In this document: piece by piece, positions 63,990-64,000 of the stretch
Layout of the letters: every line of letters begins with the position of its first letter
Numbering within the stretch: the stretch's first letter is position 1
Source of the DNA: Actinomycetes bacterium
GTDB taxonomy: Bacteria > Actinomycetota > CALGFH01
DNA length: 64,000 nucleotides
Direction: 5' to 3'
Assembly: GCA_036392615.1 (NCBI GenBank)
Contig: DASVXQ010000414.1
Span: forward strand, 204-64,203
Notes under the pieces: model-generated
Databases searched by the model: none
What the model saw: only the letters and a program-made list of their open reading frames with translations
Told to the model about the DNA's origin: nothing
Translations under genes and position numbers: made by a program

Positions 63990-64000
63990 GTGTCAGCCAA

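Overview
This is a high-GC (about 70%) window with actinobacterial-type gene content (SARP/BTAD fragment, DUF6458- and DUF7144-like membrane proteins, strong GGAGG ribosome-binding sites). All calls come from reading the sequence and ORF translations by eye. No BLAST, HMM or structure search was possible, so family names are motif-level recognitions.

Layout:
- 1-18.3 kb: housekeeping and accessory genes. These are a partial secreted PQQ-like beta-propeller, a NERD protein, a DAG-kinase-like lipid kinase, two convergent MalT/LuxR-type regulators flanking a CMD module, a K+-channel-type protein and a ClC channel, a vWA protein, and a broken MFS symporter.
- 18.4-20.4 kb: a graveyard of gene and IS fragments (BTAD, serine hydrolase, IS110, IS5-like) around an intact universal stress protein.
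- 20.6-30.4 kb: the standout locus. It is a tight three-gene operon encoding two paralogous giant proteins (1749 and 1406 aa). They share a core of about 1150 aa that I cannot assign to any family. They carry different C-terminal enzyme cassettes: an alpha/beta-hydrolase plus beta-sandwich versus a papain-like Cys peptidase. A 93-aa ORF sits between them. I read this as a candidate uncharacterised polymorphic effector/toxin system.
- 30.6-43 kb: an oxidoreductase, a decayed GNAT, a YbaK-like deacylase, and a GntR-controlled ABC sugar/polyol catabolic operon.
- 43-52.4 kb: small genes, IS256/IS3/rve relics, a scramblase-like protein with a Q/Y/P repeat, and a 1416-aa DUF4011-type SF1 helicase-nuclease.
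- 52.5-64 kb: membrane and lipoprotein genes, a STAND/TPR regulator, a DsbA-like protein, a kinase-less sensor-like membrane protein, two facing tRNA 3' fragments, a DHA2 MFS pump, and an integrase fragment.

An unusual number of accessory genes carry frameshifts, an in-frame stop or a lost stop. This is either real decay or assembly error. The giant ORFs are intact.
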